From Nemertoderma westbladi (lineage: Eukaryota > Animalia > Xenacoelomorpha), in the NCBI GenBank assembly GCA_032718475.1, contig JAUCBJ010007635.1:119926-183925 (forward strand): DNA of 64,000 bases, written 5' to 3'. The translations under genes were made by a program, and so were the position numbers. The notes under the pieces were generated by a model that saw nothing but the letters and a program-made list of their open reading frames with translations, was not told the origin of the DNA and did not search any database. Below, piece after piece: positions 24,401 to 39,400 of the stretch (position 1 is its first letter; the number at the start of each line of letters is the position of its first letter).

Positions 24401-27400
24401 ACAAACGTTAGAACAGCGGTTACACTAACTGAGGAACAAACGTTTGAACAATGGTTACACTAACTGAGGAACAAACGTTAGAACAGCGGTTACACTAACT
24501 GAGGAACAAACGTTTGAACAATGGTTACACTAACTGAGGAACAAACGTTAGAACAGCGGTTACACTAACTGAAGAACAAACGTTAGAATAGCGGTTAAAA
24601 TAACCGAGTAAAACGTTAGAACAGCGGTTACACTAACTGAGGAACAAAGATTAGGACAGCAGTTAAACTAACTGAGGAACAAAGATTAGGACAGTGGTTA
24701 AACTAACTGAGGAACAAAGGTTAGGACAGCGGTTAAACTAAATGAGGAACAAACGTTAGAATAGCAGTTAAAATAACCGAGTAAAACGTTAGAACAACGG
24801 TTACACTAACTAAGAAACAAAAGTTTGAACAGCGGTTAGACTAACTGAGGAACAAAGATTAGGACAGCGGTTAAACTAACTGAGGAACAAAGATTAGGAC
24901 AGCGGTTAAACTAACTGAGGAACAAACATTAGAACAGCGGTTAAACTAACTTAGGAACAAACGTTAGAACAACGGTTACACTAACTGAGGAACAAACGAT
25001 AGAACAGCGGTTACACTAACTGAAGAACAAACGTTAGAATAGCGGTTACACTAACTGAAGAACAAACGTTAGAACAGCGGTTACACTAACTGAAGAACAA
25101 ACGTTAGAATAGCAGTTAAAATAACCGAGTAAAACGTTAGAACAACGGTTACACTAACTAATAAACAAAAGTTTGAACAGCGGTTAGACTAACTGAGGAA
25201 CAAAGATTAGGACAGCGGTTAAACTAACTGAGGAACAAACGTTAGAACAACGGTTACACTAACTGAGGAACAAACGATAGAACAGCGGTTACACTAACTG
25301 AAGAACAAACGTTAGAACAGCGGTTAAACTAACTTAGGAACAAACGTTAGAACAACGGTTACACTAACTGAGAAACAAAAGTTTGAACAGCGGTTAGACT
25401 AACTGAGGAACAAAGATTAGGACAGCGGTTAAACTAACTGAGGAACAAACGTTAGAACAACGGTTACACTAACTGAGGAACAAACGTTAGAACAGCGGGT
25501 AAACTAACTTAGAAACAAACGTTACAACAGCGGTTACACTAACTGAGGAACAAACGTTAGAACAGCGGTAACACTAACTGAGGAACAAACGTTAGAACAG
25601 CGGTTACACTAACTGAAGAACAAACGTTAGAACAGTGGTTTAAATAATCCAAGAAAAAGTTAGAACAGTGGTTACACTAACAGAGGAACAAACGTTAGAA
25701 CAGCGGTTAAACAAACTTAGGAACAAACATTACAACAGCGGTTACACTAACTGAGGAACAAACGTTAGAACAGCGGTTACACTAACTGAGAACAAACTTT
25801 AGAACAACGGTTACACTAACTGAGAAACAAAAGTTTGAACAGCGGTTAAACTAACTGAGGAACAAAGGTTACGACAGCCGTTAAACTAACTGAGAGACAA
25901 ACGTTAGAACAGCGGTTACACTAACTGAGGAACAAACGTTAGAACAGCGGTTAAAATAACCGAGTAAAACGTTAGAACAACGGATACACTAACTGAGGAA
26001 CAAACGTTAGAACAGCGGTTACACTAACTGAAGAACAAACGTTAGAACAGTGGTTTAAATAATCCAAGAAAAAGTTAGAACAGTGGTTACACTAACAGAG
26101 GAACAAACGTTAGAACAGCGGTTAAACAAACTTACGAACAAACATTACAACAGCGGTTACACTAACTGAGAAACAAACGTTAGAACAGCGGTTACACTAA
26201 CTGAGAACAAACTTTAGAACAACGGTTACACTAACTGAGAAACAAAAGTTTGAACAGCGGTTAAACTAACTGAGAGACAAACGTTAGAACAGCGGTTACA
26301 CTAACTGAGGAAGAAACGTTAGAACAGCGGTTACACTAACTGAGGAACAAACGTTAGAACAACGGTTACACTAACTGAGGAACAAACGATAGAACAGCGG
26401 TTACACTAACTGAAGAACAAACGTTAGAATAGCGGTTAAAATAACCGAGTAAAACGTTAGAACAACGGATACTCCAACTGAGGAACAAACGTTAGAACAA
26501 CGGTTACACTATCTGAGGAACAAACGTTAGAACAGCGGTTACACTAACTGAACAGCAACCGTTAGAACAGTGGGTAAACTAACTTAGGAACAAACGTTAG
26601 AACAGCGGTTACACTAACTGAGGAACAAACGTTAGTACAACCGTTAAACTAACTATGGAAGAAACGCTTGAACAGTGGTTAAACTAACTGAGGAACAAAC
26701 GTTAGAACAGCGGTTACAGTAACTAAGGAACAAACGTTAGAACAGCGGTTAAACTAACTTAGGAACAAACGTTACAACAGCGGTTACACTAACTGAGGAA
26801 CAAACGTTAGAACAGCGGTAACACTAACTGAGGAACAAACATTAGAACAGCGGTTAAACTAACTTAGGACCAAACGTTAGAACAGCGGTTAAACTAACTT
26901 AGGAACAAACGTTACAACAGCGGTTACACCAACTGAGGAACAAACGTTAGAACAGCGGTTACACTAACTGAAGAACAAACGTTAGAATAGCGGTTAAAAT
27001 AACCGAGTAAAACGTTAGAACAGCGGTTACACTAACTGAGGAACAAACGTTAGAACAGCGGTTAAACAAACTTAGGAACAAACATTACAACAGCAGTTAC
27101 ACTAACTGAGGAACAAACGTTAGAACAGCGGTTTAACCGAGTAAAACGTTAGAACAACGGTTACACTAACTGAGGAACAAACGTTAGAACAGCGGTTACA
27201 CTAACTGAGGATCAAATGTTTGAACAGCGGTCACACTAACTGAGGAACAAACGTTAGAACAGCGGTTAAACTAACTTAGGAACAAACGTTTTAACAGCAG
27301 TTACACTAACTGAGGAACAAACGTTAGAACAGCAGTTACACTAACTAAGGAACAAACGTTTTAACAGCAGTTACACTAACTGAGGAACAAACGTTAGAAC

Positions 27401-30400
27401 AGCGGTTACACTAACTGAGGAACAAACGATAGAACAGCGGTTACACTAACTGAGGAACAAACGTTAGAACAGCGGTTACACTAACTGAGGAACAAACGAT
27501 AGAACAGCGGTTACACTAACTGAGGAACAAACGATAGAACAGCGGTTACACTAACTGAGGAACAAACGTTAGAACAGCGGTTACACTAACTGAGGATCAA
27601 ATGTTTGAACAGCGGTCACACTAACTGAGGAACAAACGTTAGAACAGCGGTTAAACTAACTTAGGAACAAACGTTTTAACAGCAGTTACACTAACTGAGG
27701 AACAAACGTTAGAACAGCAGTTACACTAACTAAGGAACAAACGTTTTAACAGCAGTTACACTAACTGAGGAACAAACGTTAGAACAGCGGTTACACTAAC
27801 TGAGGAACAAACGTTAGAACAGCAGTTACACTAACTAAGGAACAAACGTTTTAACAGCGGTTACACTAACTGAGGAACAAACGATAGAACAGCGGTTACA
27901 CTAACTGAGGAACAAACGTTAGAACAGCGGTTACACTAACTGAGGATCAAATGTTTGAACAGCGGTCACACTACCTGAGGAACAAACGTTAGAACAGCGG
28001 TTAAACTAACTTAGGAACAAACGTTTTAACAGCAGTTACACTAACTGAGGAACAAACGTTAGAACAGCAGTTACACTAACTTAGGAACAAACGTTTTAAC
28101 AGCAGTTACACTAACTGAGGAACAAACGTTAGAACAGCAGTTACACTAACTAAGGAACAAACGTTTTAACAGCAGTTACACTAACTGAGAAACAAACGTT
28201 AGAACAGCGGTTACACTAACTGAAGAACAAACGTTAGAACAGCGGTAACACTAACTGAGAACAAACGTTTGAACAGCGGTTACACTAACTGAGGAACAAA
28301 CGTTAGTACAACCGTTAAACTAACTATGGAAGAAACGCTTGAACAGTGGTTAAACTAACTGAGGAACAAACGTTAGAACAGCGGTTACAGTAACTAAGGA
28401 ACAAACGTTAGAACAGCGGTTAAACTAACTTAGGAACAAACGTTACAACAGCGGTTACACTAACTGAGGAACAAACGTTAGAACAGCGGTAACACTAACT
28501 GAGGAACAAACATTAGAACAGCGGTTAAACTAACTTAGGACCAAACGTTAGAACAGCGGTTAAACTAACTTAGGAACAAACGTTACAACAGCGGTTACAC
28601 CAACTGAGGAACAAACGTTAGAACAGCGGTTACACTAACTGAAGAACAAACGTTAGAATAGCGGTTAAAATAACCGAGTAAAACGTTAGAACAGCGGTTA
28701 CACTAACTGAGGAACAAACGTTAGAACAGCGGTTAAACAAACTTAGGAACAAACATTACAACAGCAGTTACACTAACTGAGGAACAAACGTTAGAACAGC
28801 GGTTTAACCGAGTAAAACGTTAGAACAACGGTTACACTAACTGAGGAACAAACGTTAGAACAGCGGTTACACTAACTGAGGATCAAATGTTTGAACAGCG
28901 GTCACACTAACTGAGGAACAAACGTTAGAACAGCGGTTAAACTAACTTAGGAACAAACGTTTTAACAGCAGTTACACTAACTGAGGAACAAACGTTAGAA
29001 CAGCAGTTACACTAACTAAGGAACAAACGTTTTAACAGCAGTTACACTAACTGAGGAACAAACGTTAGAACAGCGGTTACACTAACTGAGGAACAAACGA
29101 TAGAACAGCGGTTACACTAACTGAGGAACAAACGTTAGAACAGCGGTTACACTAACTGAGGAACAAACGATAGAACAGCGGTTACACTAACTGAGGAACA
29201 AACGATAGAACAGCGGTTACACTAACTGAGGAACAAACGTTAGAACAGCGGTTACACTAACTGAGGATCAAATGTTTGAACAGCGGTCACACTAACTGAG
29301 GAACAAACGTTAGAACAGCGGTTAAACTAACTTAGGAACAAACGTTTTAACAGCAGTTACACTAACTGAGGAACAAACGTTAGAACAGCAGTTACACTAA
29401 CTAAGGAACAAACGTTTTAACAGCAGTTACACTAACTGAGGAACAAACGTTAGAACAGCGGTTACACTAACTGAGGAACAAACGTTAGAACAGCAGTTAC
29501 ACTAACTAAGGAACAAACGTTTTAACAGCGGTTACACTAACTGAGGAACAAACGATAGAACAGCGGTTACACTAACTGAGGAACAAACGTTAGAACAGCG
29601 GTTACACTAACTGAGGATCAAATGTTTGAACAGCGGTCACACTACCTGAGGAACAAACGTTAGAACAGCGGTTAAACTAACTTAGGAACAAACGTTTTAA
29701 CAGCAGTTACACTAACTGAGGAACAAACGTTAGAACAGCAGTTACACTAACTTAGGAACAAACGTTTTAACAGCAGTTACACTAACTGAGGAACAAACGT
29801 TAGAACAGCAGTTACACTAACTAAGGAACAAACGTTTTAACAGCAGTTACACTAACTGAGAAACAAACGTTAGAACAGCGGTTACACTAACTGAAGAACA
29901 AACGTTAGAACAGCGGTAACACTAACTGAGAACAAACGTTTGAACAGCGGTTACACTAACTGAGAAACAAACGTTAGAACAGCGGTTACACTAACTGAGA
30001 ACAAACTTTAGAACAACGGTTACACTAACTGAGAAACAAACGTTAGAACAGCGGTTACACTAACTGAGAACAAACGTTAGAACAGCGGTTACACTAACTG
30101 AGGAATAAACGTTTCAACAGCGCTTAAAACTAACTGAGAAACAAACGTTACAACAGCGGTTACACTAACTGAGGAACAAACGTTAGAACAGCGGTTACAC
30201 TAACTAAGGAACAAACGTTAGAACAACGGTTACACTAACTGAGAAACAAACGTTAGAACAGCGGTTACACTAACTGAGAACAAACGTTAGAACAGCGGTT
30301 ACACTAACTGAGGAACAAACGTTTGAACAGCGGTTACACTAACTGAAGAACAAACGATAGAACAGCGGTTACACTAACTGAGGAATAAACGTTTCAACAG

Positions 30401-33400
30401 CGCTTAAAACTAACTGAGAAACAAACGTTACAACAGCGGTTACACTAACTGAGGAACAAACGTTTGAACAATGGTTACACTAACTGAGGAACAAACGTTA
30501 GAACAGCGGTTACACTAACTGAAGAACAAACGATAGAACAGCGGTTACACTAACTGAGGAACAAAGATTAGGACAGCAGTTAAACTAACTGAGGAACAAA
30601 GATTAGGACAGTGGTTAAACTAACTGAGGAACAAACGTTAGAACAACGGTTACACTAACTGAGAACAAACATTAAAACAGCGGTTAAAATAACCGAGTAA
30701 AACGTTAGAACAACGGTTACACTAACTGAGGAACAAACGTTAGAACAGCGGTTACACTAACTGAGAACAAACGTTAGAACAACGGTTACACTAACTAAGA
30801 AACAAAAGTTTGAACAACGGTTAGACTAACTGAGGAACAAAGATTATGACAGCGGTTAAACTAACTGAGGAACAAACGTTAGAACAACGGTTACACTAAC
30901 TGAGGAACAAACGTTAGAACAGCGGTTACACTAACTGAGGAACAAACGTTAGAACAGCGATTACACTAACTGAGGAACAAACGTTTGAACAATGGTTACA
31001 CTAACTGAGGAACAAACGTTAGAACAGCGGTTACACTAACTGAAGAACAAACGATAGAACAGCGGTTACACTAACTGAGGAACAAAGATTAGGACAGCAG
31101 TTAAACTAACTGAGGAACAAAGATTAGGACAGTGGTTAAACTAACTGAGGAACAAACGTTAGAACAACGGTTACACTAACTGAGGAACAAACGATAGAAC
31201 AGCGGTTACACTAACTGAAGAACAAACGTTAGAATAGCGGTTAAAATAACCGAGTAAAACGTTAGAACAACGGTTACACTAACTAAGAAACAAAAGTTTG
31301 AACAGCGGTTAGACTAACTGAGGAACAAAGATTAGGACAGCGGTTAAACTAACTGAGGAACAAACGTTAGAACAACGGTTACACTAACTGAGGAACAAAC
31401 GTTAGAACAGCGGGTAAACTAACTTAGAGACGAACGTTACAACAGCGGTTACACTAACTGAGGAACAAACGTTAGAACAGCGGTAACACTAAATGAGGAA
31501 CAAACGTTAGAACAGCGGTTACACTAACTGAAGAACAAACGTTAGAACAGCGGTTTAAATAATCGAGAAAAAGTTAGAACAGTGGTTACACTAACAGAGG
31601 AACAAACGTTAGAACAGCGGTTAAACAAACTTAGGAACAAACATTACAACAGCGGTTACACTAACTGAGGGACAAATGTTAGAACAGCGGTTACACTAAC
31701 TGAGAACGAACTTTAGAACAACGGTTACACTAACTGAGAAACAAAAGTTTGAACAGCGGTTAAACTAACTGAGGAACAAAGGTTACGACAGCCGTTAAAC
31801 TAACTGAGAGACAAACGTTAGAACAGCGGTTACACTAACTGAGGAACAAACGTTAGAACAGCGGTTACACTAACTGAGAACAAACGTTAGAACAACGGTT
31901 ACACTAACTAAGAAACAAAAGTTTGAACAGCGGTTAGACTAACTGAGGAACAAAGATTAGGACAGCGGTTAAACTAACTGAGGAACAAACGTTAGAACAA
32001 CGGTTACACTAACTGAGGAACAAAGATTAGGACAGTGGTTAAACTAACTGAGGAACAAACGTTAGAACAACGGTTACACTAACTGAGGAACAAACGATAG
32101 AACAGCGGTTACACTAACTGAAGAACAAACGTTAGAATAGCGGTTAAAATAACCAAGTAAAACGTTAGAACAACGGTTACACTAACTAAGAAACAAAAGT
32201 TTGAACAGCGGTTAGACTAACTGAGGAACAAAGATTAGGACAGCGGTTAAACTAACTGAGGAACAAACGTTAGAACAACGGTTACACTAACTGAGGAACA
32301 AACGTTAGAACAGCGGGTAAACTAACTTAGAAACAAACGTTACAACAGCGGTTACACTAACTGAGGAACAAACGTTAGAACAGCGGTAACACTAACTGAG
32401 GAACAAACGTTAGAACAGCGGTTACACTAACTGAAGAACAAACGTTAGAACAGCGGTTTAAATAATCGAGAAAAAGTTAGAACAGTGGTTACACTAACAG
32501 AGGAACAAACGTTAGAACAGCGGTTAAACAAACTTAGGAACAAACATTACAACAGCGGTTACACTAACTGAGGGACAAACGTTAGAACAGCGGTTACACT
32601 AACTGAGAACGAACTTTAGAACAACGGTTACACTAACTGAGAAACAAAAGTTTGAACAGCGGTTAAACTAACTGAGGAACAAAGGTTACGACAGCCGTTA
32701 AACTAACTGAGAGACAAACGTTAGAACAGCGGTTACACTAACTGAGGAACAAACGTTAGAACAGCGGTTACACTAACTGAGAACAAACGTTAGAACAACG
32801 GTTACACTAACTAAGAAACAAAAGTTTGAACAGCGGTTAGACTAACTGAGGAACAAAGATTAGGACAGCGGTTAAACTAACTGAGGAACAAACGTTAGAA
32901 CAACGGTTACACTAACTGAGGAACAAACGTTAGAACAGCGGTTACACTAACTGAGGAACAAACGTTAGAACAGCGGTTACACTAACTGAGAACAAACGTT
33001 AGAACAACGGTTACACTAACTATGAAACAAAAGTTTGAACAGCGGTTAGACTAACTGAGGAACAAATATTAGGACAGCGGTTAAACTAACTGAGGAACAA
33101 ACGTTAGAACAACAGTTACACTAACTGAGGAACAAACGTTAGAACAGCGGTTACACTAAATGAGGAACAAACGTTAGAACAGCGGTTGCACTAACTGAGG
33201 AACAAACGTTTGAACAACGGTTACACTAACTGAGGAACAAACGTTAGAACAGCGGTTACACTAACTGAAGAACAAACGTTAGAATAGCGGTTACACTAAC
33301 TGAGGAACAAAAGTTTGAACAGCGGTTAGACTAACTGAGGAACAAAGATTAGGACAGTGGTTATACTAACTGAGGAACAAACGTTAGAACAGTGGTTACA

Positions 33401-36400
33401 CTAACTGAAGAACAAACGTTAGAACAGCGGTTAAAATAACCGAGTAAAACGTTAGAACAGCAGTTACACTAACTGAGGAACAAACGTTAGAACAGCGGTT
33501 ACACTAACTGAGGAACAAACGTTTGAACAGCGGTTACACTAACTGAGGAACAAACGTTTGAACAGCGGTTACACTAACTGAGGAACAAACTTTAGAACAA
33601 CGGTTACACTAACTGAGAAACAAAAGTTTGAACAGCGGTTAAACTAACTGAGGAACAAAGGTTACGACAGCCGTTAAACTAACTGAGAGACAAACGTTAG
33701 AACAGCGGTTACACTAACTGAGGAACAAACGTTAGAACAGCGGTTAAAATAACCGAGTAAAACGTTAGAACAACGGATACACTAACTGAGGAACAAACGT
33801 TAGAACAGCGGTTACACTAACTGAAGAACAAACGTTAGAACAGTGGTTTAAATAATCCAAGAAAAAGTTAGAACAGTGGTTACACTAACAGAGGAACAAA
33901 CGTTAGAACAGCGGTTAAACAAACTTACGAACAAACATTACAACAGCGGTTACACTAACTGAGGAACAAACGTTAGAACAGCGGTTACACTAACTGAGAA
34001 CAAACTTTAGAACAACGGTTACACTAACTGAGAAACAAAAGTTTGAACAGCGGTTAAACTAACTGAGAGACAAACGTTAGAACAGCGGTTACACTAACTG
34101 AGGAAGAAACGTTAGAACAGCGGTTACACTAACTGAGGAACAAACGTTAGAACAACGGTTACACTAACTGAGGAACAAACGATAGAACAGCGGTTACACT
34201 AACTGAAGAACAAACGTTAGAATAGCGGTTAAAATAACCGAGTAAAACGTTAGAACAACGGATACACCAACTGAGGAACAAACGTTAGAACAACGGTTAC
34301 ACTAACTGAGGAACAAACGTTAGAACAGCGGTTACACTAACTGAACAGCAACCGTTAGAACAGTGGGTAAACTAACTTAGGAACAAACGTTAGAACAGCG
34401 GTTACACTAACTGAGGAACAAACGTTAGTACAACCGTTAAACTAACTATGGAAGAAACGCTTGAACAGTGGTTAAACTAACTGAGGAACAAACGTTAGAA
34501 CAGCGGTTACAGTAACTAAGGAACAAACGTTAGAACAGCGGTTAAACTAACTTAGGAACAAACGTTACAACAGCGGTTACACTAACTGAGGAACAAACGT
34601 TAGAACAGCGGTAACACTAACTGAGGAACAAACATTAGAACAGCGGTTAAACTAACTTAGGACCAAACGTTAGAACAGCGGTTAAACTAACTTAGGAACA
34701 AACGTTACAACAGCGGTTACACCAACTGAGGAACAAACGTTAGAACAGCGGTTACACTAACTGAAGAACAAACGTTAGAATAGCGGTTAAAATAACCGAG
34801 TAAAACGTTAGAACAGCGGTTACACTAACTGAGGAACAAACGTTAGAACAGCGGTTAAACAAACTTAGGAACAAACATTACAACAGCAGCTACACTAACT
34901 GAGGAACAAACGTTAGAACAGCGGTTTAACCGAGTAAAACGTTAGAACAACGGTTACACTAACTGAGGAACAAACGTTAGAACAGCGGTTACACTAACTG
35001 AGGATCAAATGTTTGAACAGCGGTCACACTAACTGAGGAACAAACGTTAGAACAGCGGTTAAACTAACTTAGGAACAAACGTTTTAACAGCAGTTACACT
35101 AACTGAGGAACAAACGTTAGAACAGCAGTTACACTAACTGAGGAACAAACGATAGAACAGCGGTTACACTAACTGAGGAACAAACGTTAGAACAGCGGTT
35201 ACACTAACTGAGGAACAAACGATAGAACAGCGGTTACACTAACTGAGGAACAAACGATAGAACAGCGGTTACACTAACTGAGGAACACACGTTAGAACAG
35301 CGGTTACACTAACTGAGGATCAAATGTTTGAACAGCGGTCACACTAACTGAGGAACAAACGTTAGAACAGCGGTTAAACTAACTTAGGAACAAACGTTTT
35401 AACAGCAGTTACACTAACTGAGGAACAAACGTTAGAACAGCAGTTACACTAACTAAGGAACAAACGTTTTAACAGCAGTTACACTAACTGAGGAACAAAC
35501 GTTAGAACAGCGGTTACACTAACTGAGGAACAAACGTTAGAACAGCAGTTACACTAACTAAGGAACAAACGTTTTAACAGCGGTTACACTAACTGAGGAA
35601 CAAACGATAGAACAGCGGTTACACTAACTGAGGAACAAACGTTAGAACAGCGGTTACACTAACTGAGGATCAAATGTTTGAACAGCGGTCACACTAACTG
35701 AGGAACAAACGTTAGAACAGCGGTTAAACTAACTTAGGAACAAACGTTTCAACAGCGCTTAAAACTAACTGAGAAACAAACGTTAGAACAGCGGTTACAC
35801 TAACTGAGAACAAACGTTAGAACAACGGTTACACTAACTGAGAACAAACGTTTGAACAGCGGTTACACTAACTGAGAACAAACGTTAGAACAGCGGTTAA
35901 ACTAACTTAGGAACAAACGTTTTAACAGCAGTTACACTAACTGAGGAACAAACGTTAGAACAGCAGTTACACTAACTAAGGAACAAACGTTTTAACAGCA
36001 GTTACACTAACTGAGGAACAAACGTTAGAACAGCGGTTACACTAACTGAGGAACAAACGTTTTAACAGCAGTTACACTAACTGAGGAACAAACGTTAGAA
36101 CAGCGGTTACACTAACTGAGGAATAAACGTTTCAACAGCGCTTAAAACTAACTGAGAAACAAACGTTAGAACAGCGGTTACACTAACTGAAGAACAAACG
36201 TTAGAACAGCAGTTACACTAACTAAGGAACAAACGTTTTAACAGCAGTTACACTAACTGAGGAACAAACGTTAGAACAGCGGTTACACTAACTGAGGAAT
36301 AAACGTTTCAACAGCGCTTAAAACTAACTGAGAAACAAACGTTAGAACAGCGGTTACACTAACTGAAGAACAAACGTTAGAACAGCGGTCACACTAACTG

Positions 36401-39400
36401 AGGAACAAACGTTAGAACAGCGGTTAAACTAACTTAGGAACAAACGTTTTAACAGCAGTTACACTAACTGAGGAACAAACGTTAGAACAGCAGTTACACT
36501 AACTAAGGAACAAACGTTTTAACAGCAGTTACACTAACTGAGGAACAAACGTTAGAACAGCGGTTACACTAACTAAGGAACAAACGTTAGAACAGCGGTT
36601 ACACTAACTGAGGAATAAACGTTTCAACAGCGCTTAAAACTAACTGAGAAACAAACGTTAGAACAGCGGTTACACTAACTGAGGAACAAACGTTAGAACA
36701 GCGGTTACACTAACTGAGGAACAAACGTTAGAACAGCGGTAACACTAACTGAGAACAAACGTTTGAACAGCGGTTACACTAACTGAGAAACAAACGTTAG
36801 AACAGCGGTTACACTAACTGAGAACAAACTTTAGAACAACGGTTACACTAACTGAGAAACAAACGTTAGAACAGCGGTTACACTAACTGAGAACAAACGT
36901 TAGAACAGCGGTTACACTAACTGAGGAATAAACGTTTCAACAGCGCTTAAAACTAACTGAGAAACAAACGTTACAACAGCGGTTACACTAACTGAGGAAC
37001 AAACGTTTGAACAATGGTTACACTAACTGAGGAACAAACGTTAGAACAGCGGTTACACTAACTGAAGAACAAACGATAGAACAGCGGTTACACTAACTGA
37101 GGAACAAAGATTAGGACAGCAGTTAAACTAACTGAGGAACAAAGATTAGGACAGTGGTTAAACTAACTGAGGAACAAACGTTAGAACAACGGTTACACTA
37201 ACTGAGAACAAACATTAAAACAGCGGTTAAAATAACCGAGTAAAACGTTAGAACAACGGTTACACTAACTGAGGAACAAACGTTAGAACAGCGGTTACAC
37301 TAACTGAGAACAAACGTTAGAACAACGGTTACACTAACTAAGAAACAAAAGTTTGAACAACGGTTAGACTAACTGAGGAACAAAGATTATGACAGCGGTT
37401 AAACTAACTGAGGAACAAACGTTAGAACAACGGTTACACTAACTGAGGAACAAACGTTAGAACAGCGGTTACACTAACTGAGGAACAAACGTTAGAACAG
37501 CGATTACACTAACTGAGGAACAAACGTTTGAACAATGGTTACACTAACTGAGGAACAAACGTTAGAACAGCGGTTACACTAACTGAAGAACAAACGATAG
37601 AACAGCGGTTACACTAACTGAGGAACAAAGATTAGGACAGCAGTTAAACTAACTGAGGAACAAAGATTAGGACAGTGGTTAAACTAACTGAGGAACAAAC
37701 GTTAGAACAACGGTTACACTAACTGAGGAACAAACGATAGAACAGCGGTTACACTAACTGAAGAACAAACGTTAGAATAGCGGTTAAAATAACCGAGTAA
37801 AACGTTAGAACAACGGTTACACTAACTAAGAAACAAAAGTTTGAACAGCGGTTAGACTAACTGAGGAACAAAGATTAGGACAGCGGTTAAACTAACTGAG
37901 GAACAAACGTTAGAACAACGGTTACACTAACTGAGGAACAAACGTTAGAACAGCGGGTAAACTAACTTAGAGACGAACGTTACAACAGCGGTTACACTAA
38001 CTGAGGAACAAACGTTAGAACAGCGGTAACACTAACTGAGGAACAAACGTTAGAACAGCGGTTACACTAACTGAAGAACAAACGTTAGAACAGCGGTTTA
38101 AATAATCGAGAAAAAGTTAGAACAGTGGTTACACTAACAGAGGAACAAACGTTAGAACAGCGGTTAAACAAACTTAGGAACAAACATTACAACAGCGGTT
38201 ACACTAACTGAGGGACAAATGTTAGAACAGCGGTTACACTAACTGAGAACGAACTTTAGAACAACGGTTACACTAACTGAGAAACAAAAGTTTGAACAGC
38301 GGTTAAACTAACTGAGGAACAAAGGTTACGACAGCCGTTAAACTAACTGAGAGACAAACGTTAGAACAGCGGTTACACTAACTGAGGAACAAACGTTAGA
38401 ACAGCGGTTACACTAACTGAGAACAAACGTTAGAACAACGGTTACACTAACTAAGAAACAAAAGTTTGAACAGCGGTTAGACTAACTGAGGAACAAAGAT
38501 TAGGACAGCGGTTAAACTAACTGAGGAACAAACGTTAGAACAACGGTTACACTAACTGAGGAACAAAGATTAGGACAGTGGTTAAACTAACTGAGGAACA
38601 AACGTTAGAACAACGGTTACACTAACTGAGGAACAAACGATAGAACAGCGGTTACACTAACTGAAGAACAAACGTTAGAATAGCGGTTAAAATAACCAAG
38701 TAAAACGTTAGAACAACGGTTACACTAACTAAGAAACAAAAGTTTGAACAGCGGTTAGACTAACTGAGGAACAAAGATTAGGACAGCGGTTAAACTAACT
38801 GAGGAACAAACGTTAGAACAACGGTTACACTAACTGAGGAACAAACGTTAGAACAGCGGGTAAACTAACTTAGAAACAAACGTTACAACAGCGGTTACAC
38901 TAACTGAGGAACAAACGTTAGAACAGCGGTAACACTGAGGAACAAACGTTAGAACAGCGGTTACACTAACTGAAGAACAAACGTTAGAACAGCGGTTTAA
39001 ATAATCGAGAAAAAGTTAGAACAGTGGTTACACTAACAGAGGAACAAACGTTAGAACAGCGGTTAAACAAACTTAGGAACAAACATTACAACAGCGGTTA
39101 CACTAACTGAGGGACAAACGTTAGAACAGCGGTTACACTAACTGAGAACGAACTTTAGAACAACGGTTACACTAACTGAGAAACAAAAGTTTGAACAGCG
39201 GTTAAACTAACTGAGGAACAAAGGTTACGACAGCCGTTAAACTAACTGAGAGACAAACGTTAGAACAGCGGTTACACTAACTGAGGAACAAACGTTAGAA
39301 CAGCGGTTACACTAACTGAGAACAAACGTTAGAACAACGGTTACACTAACTAAGAAACAAAAGTTTGAACAGCGGTTAGACTAACTGAGGAACAAAGATT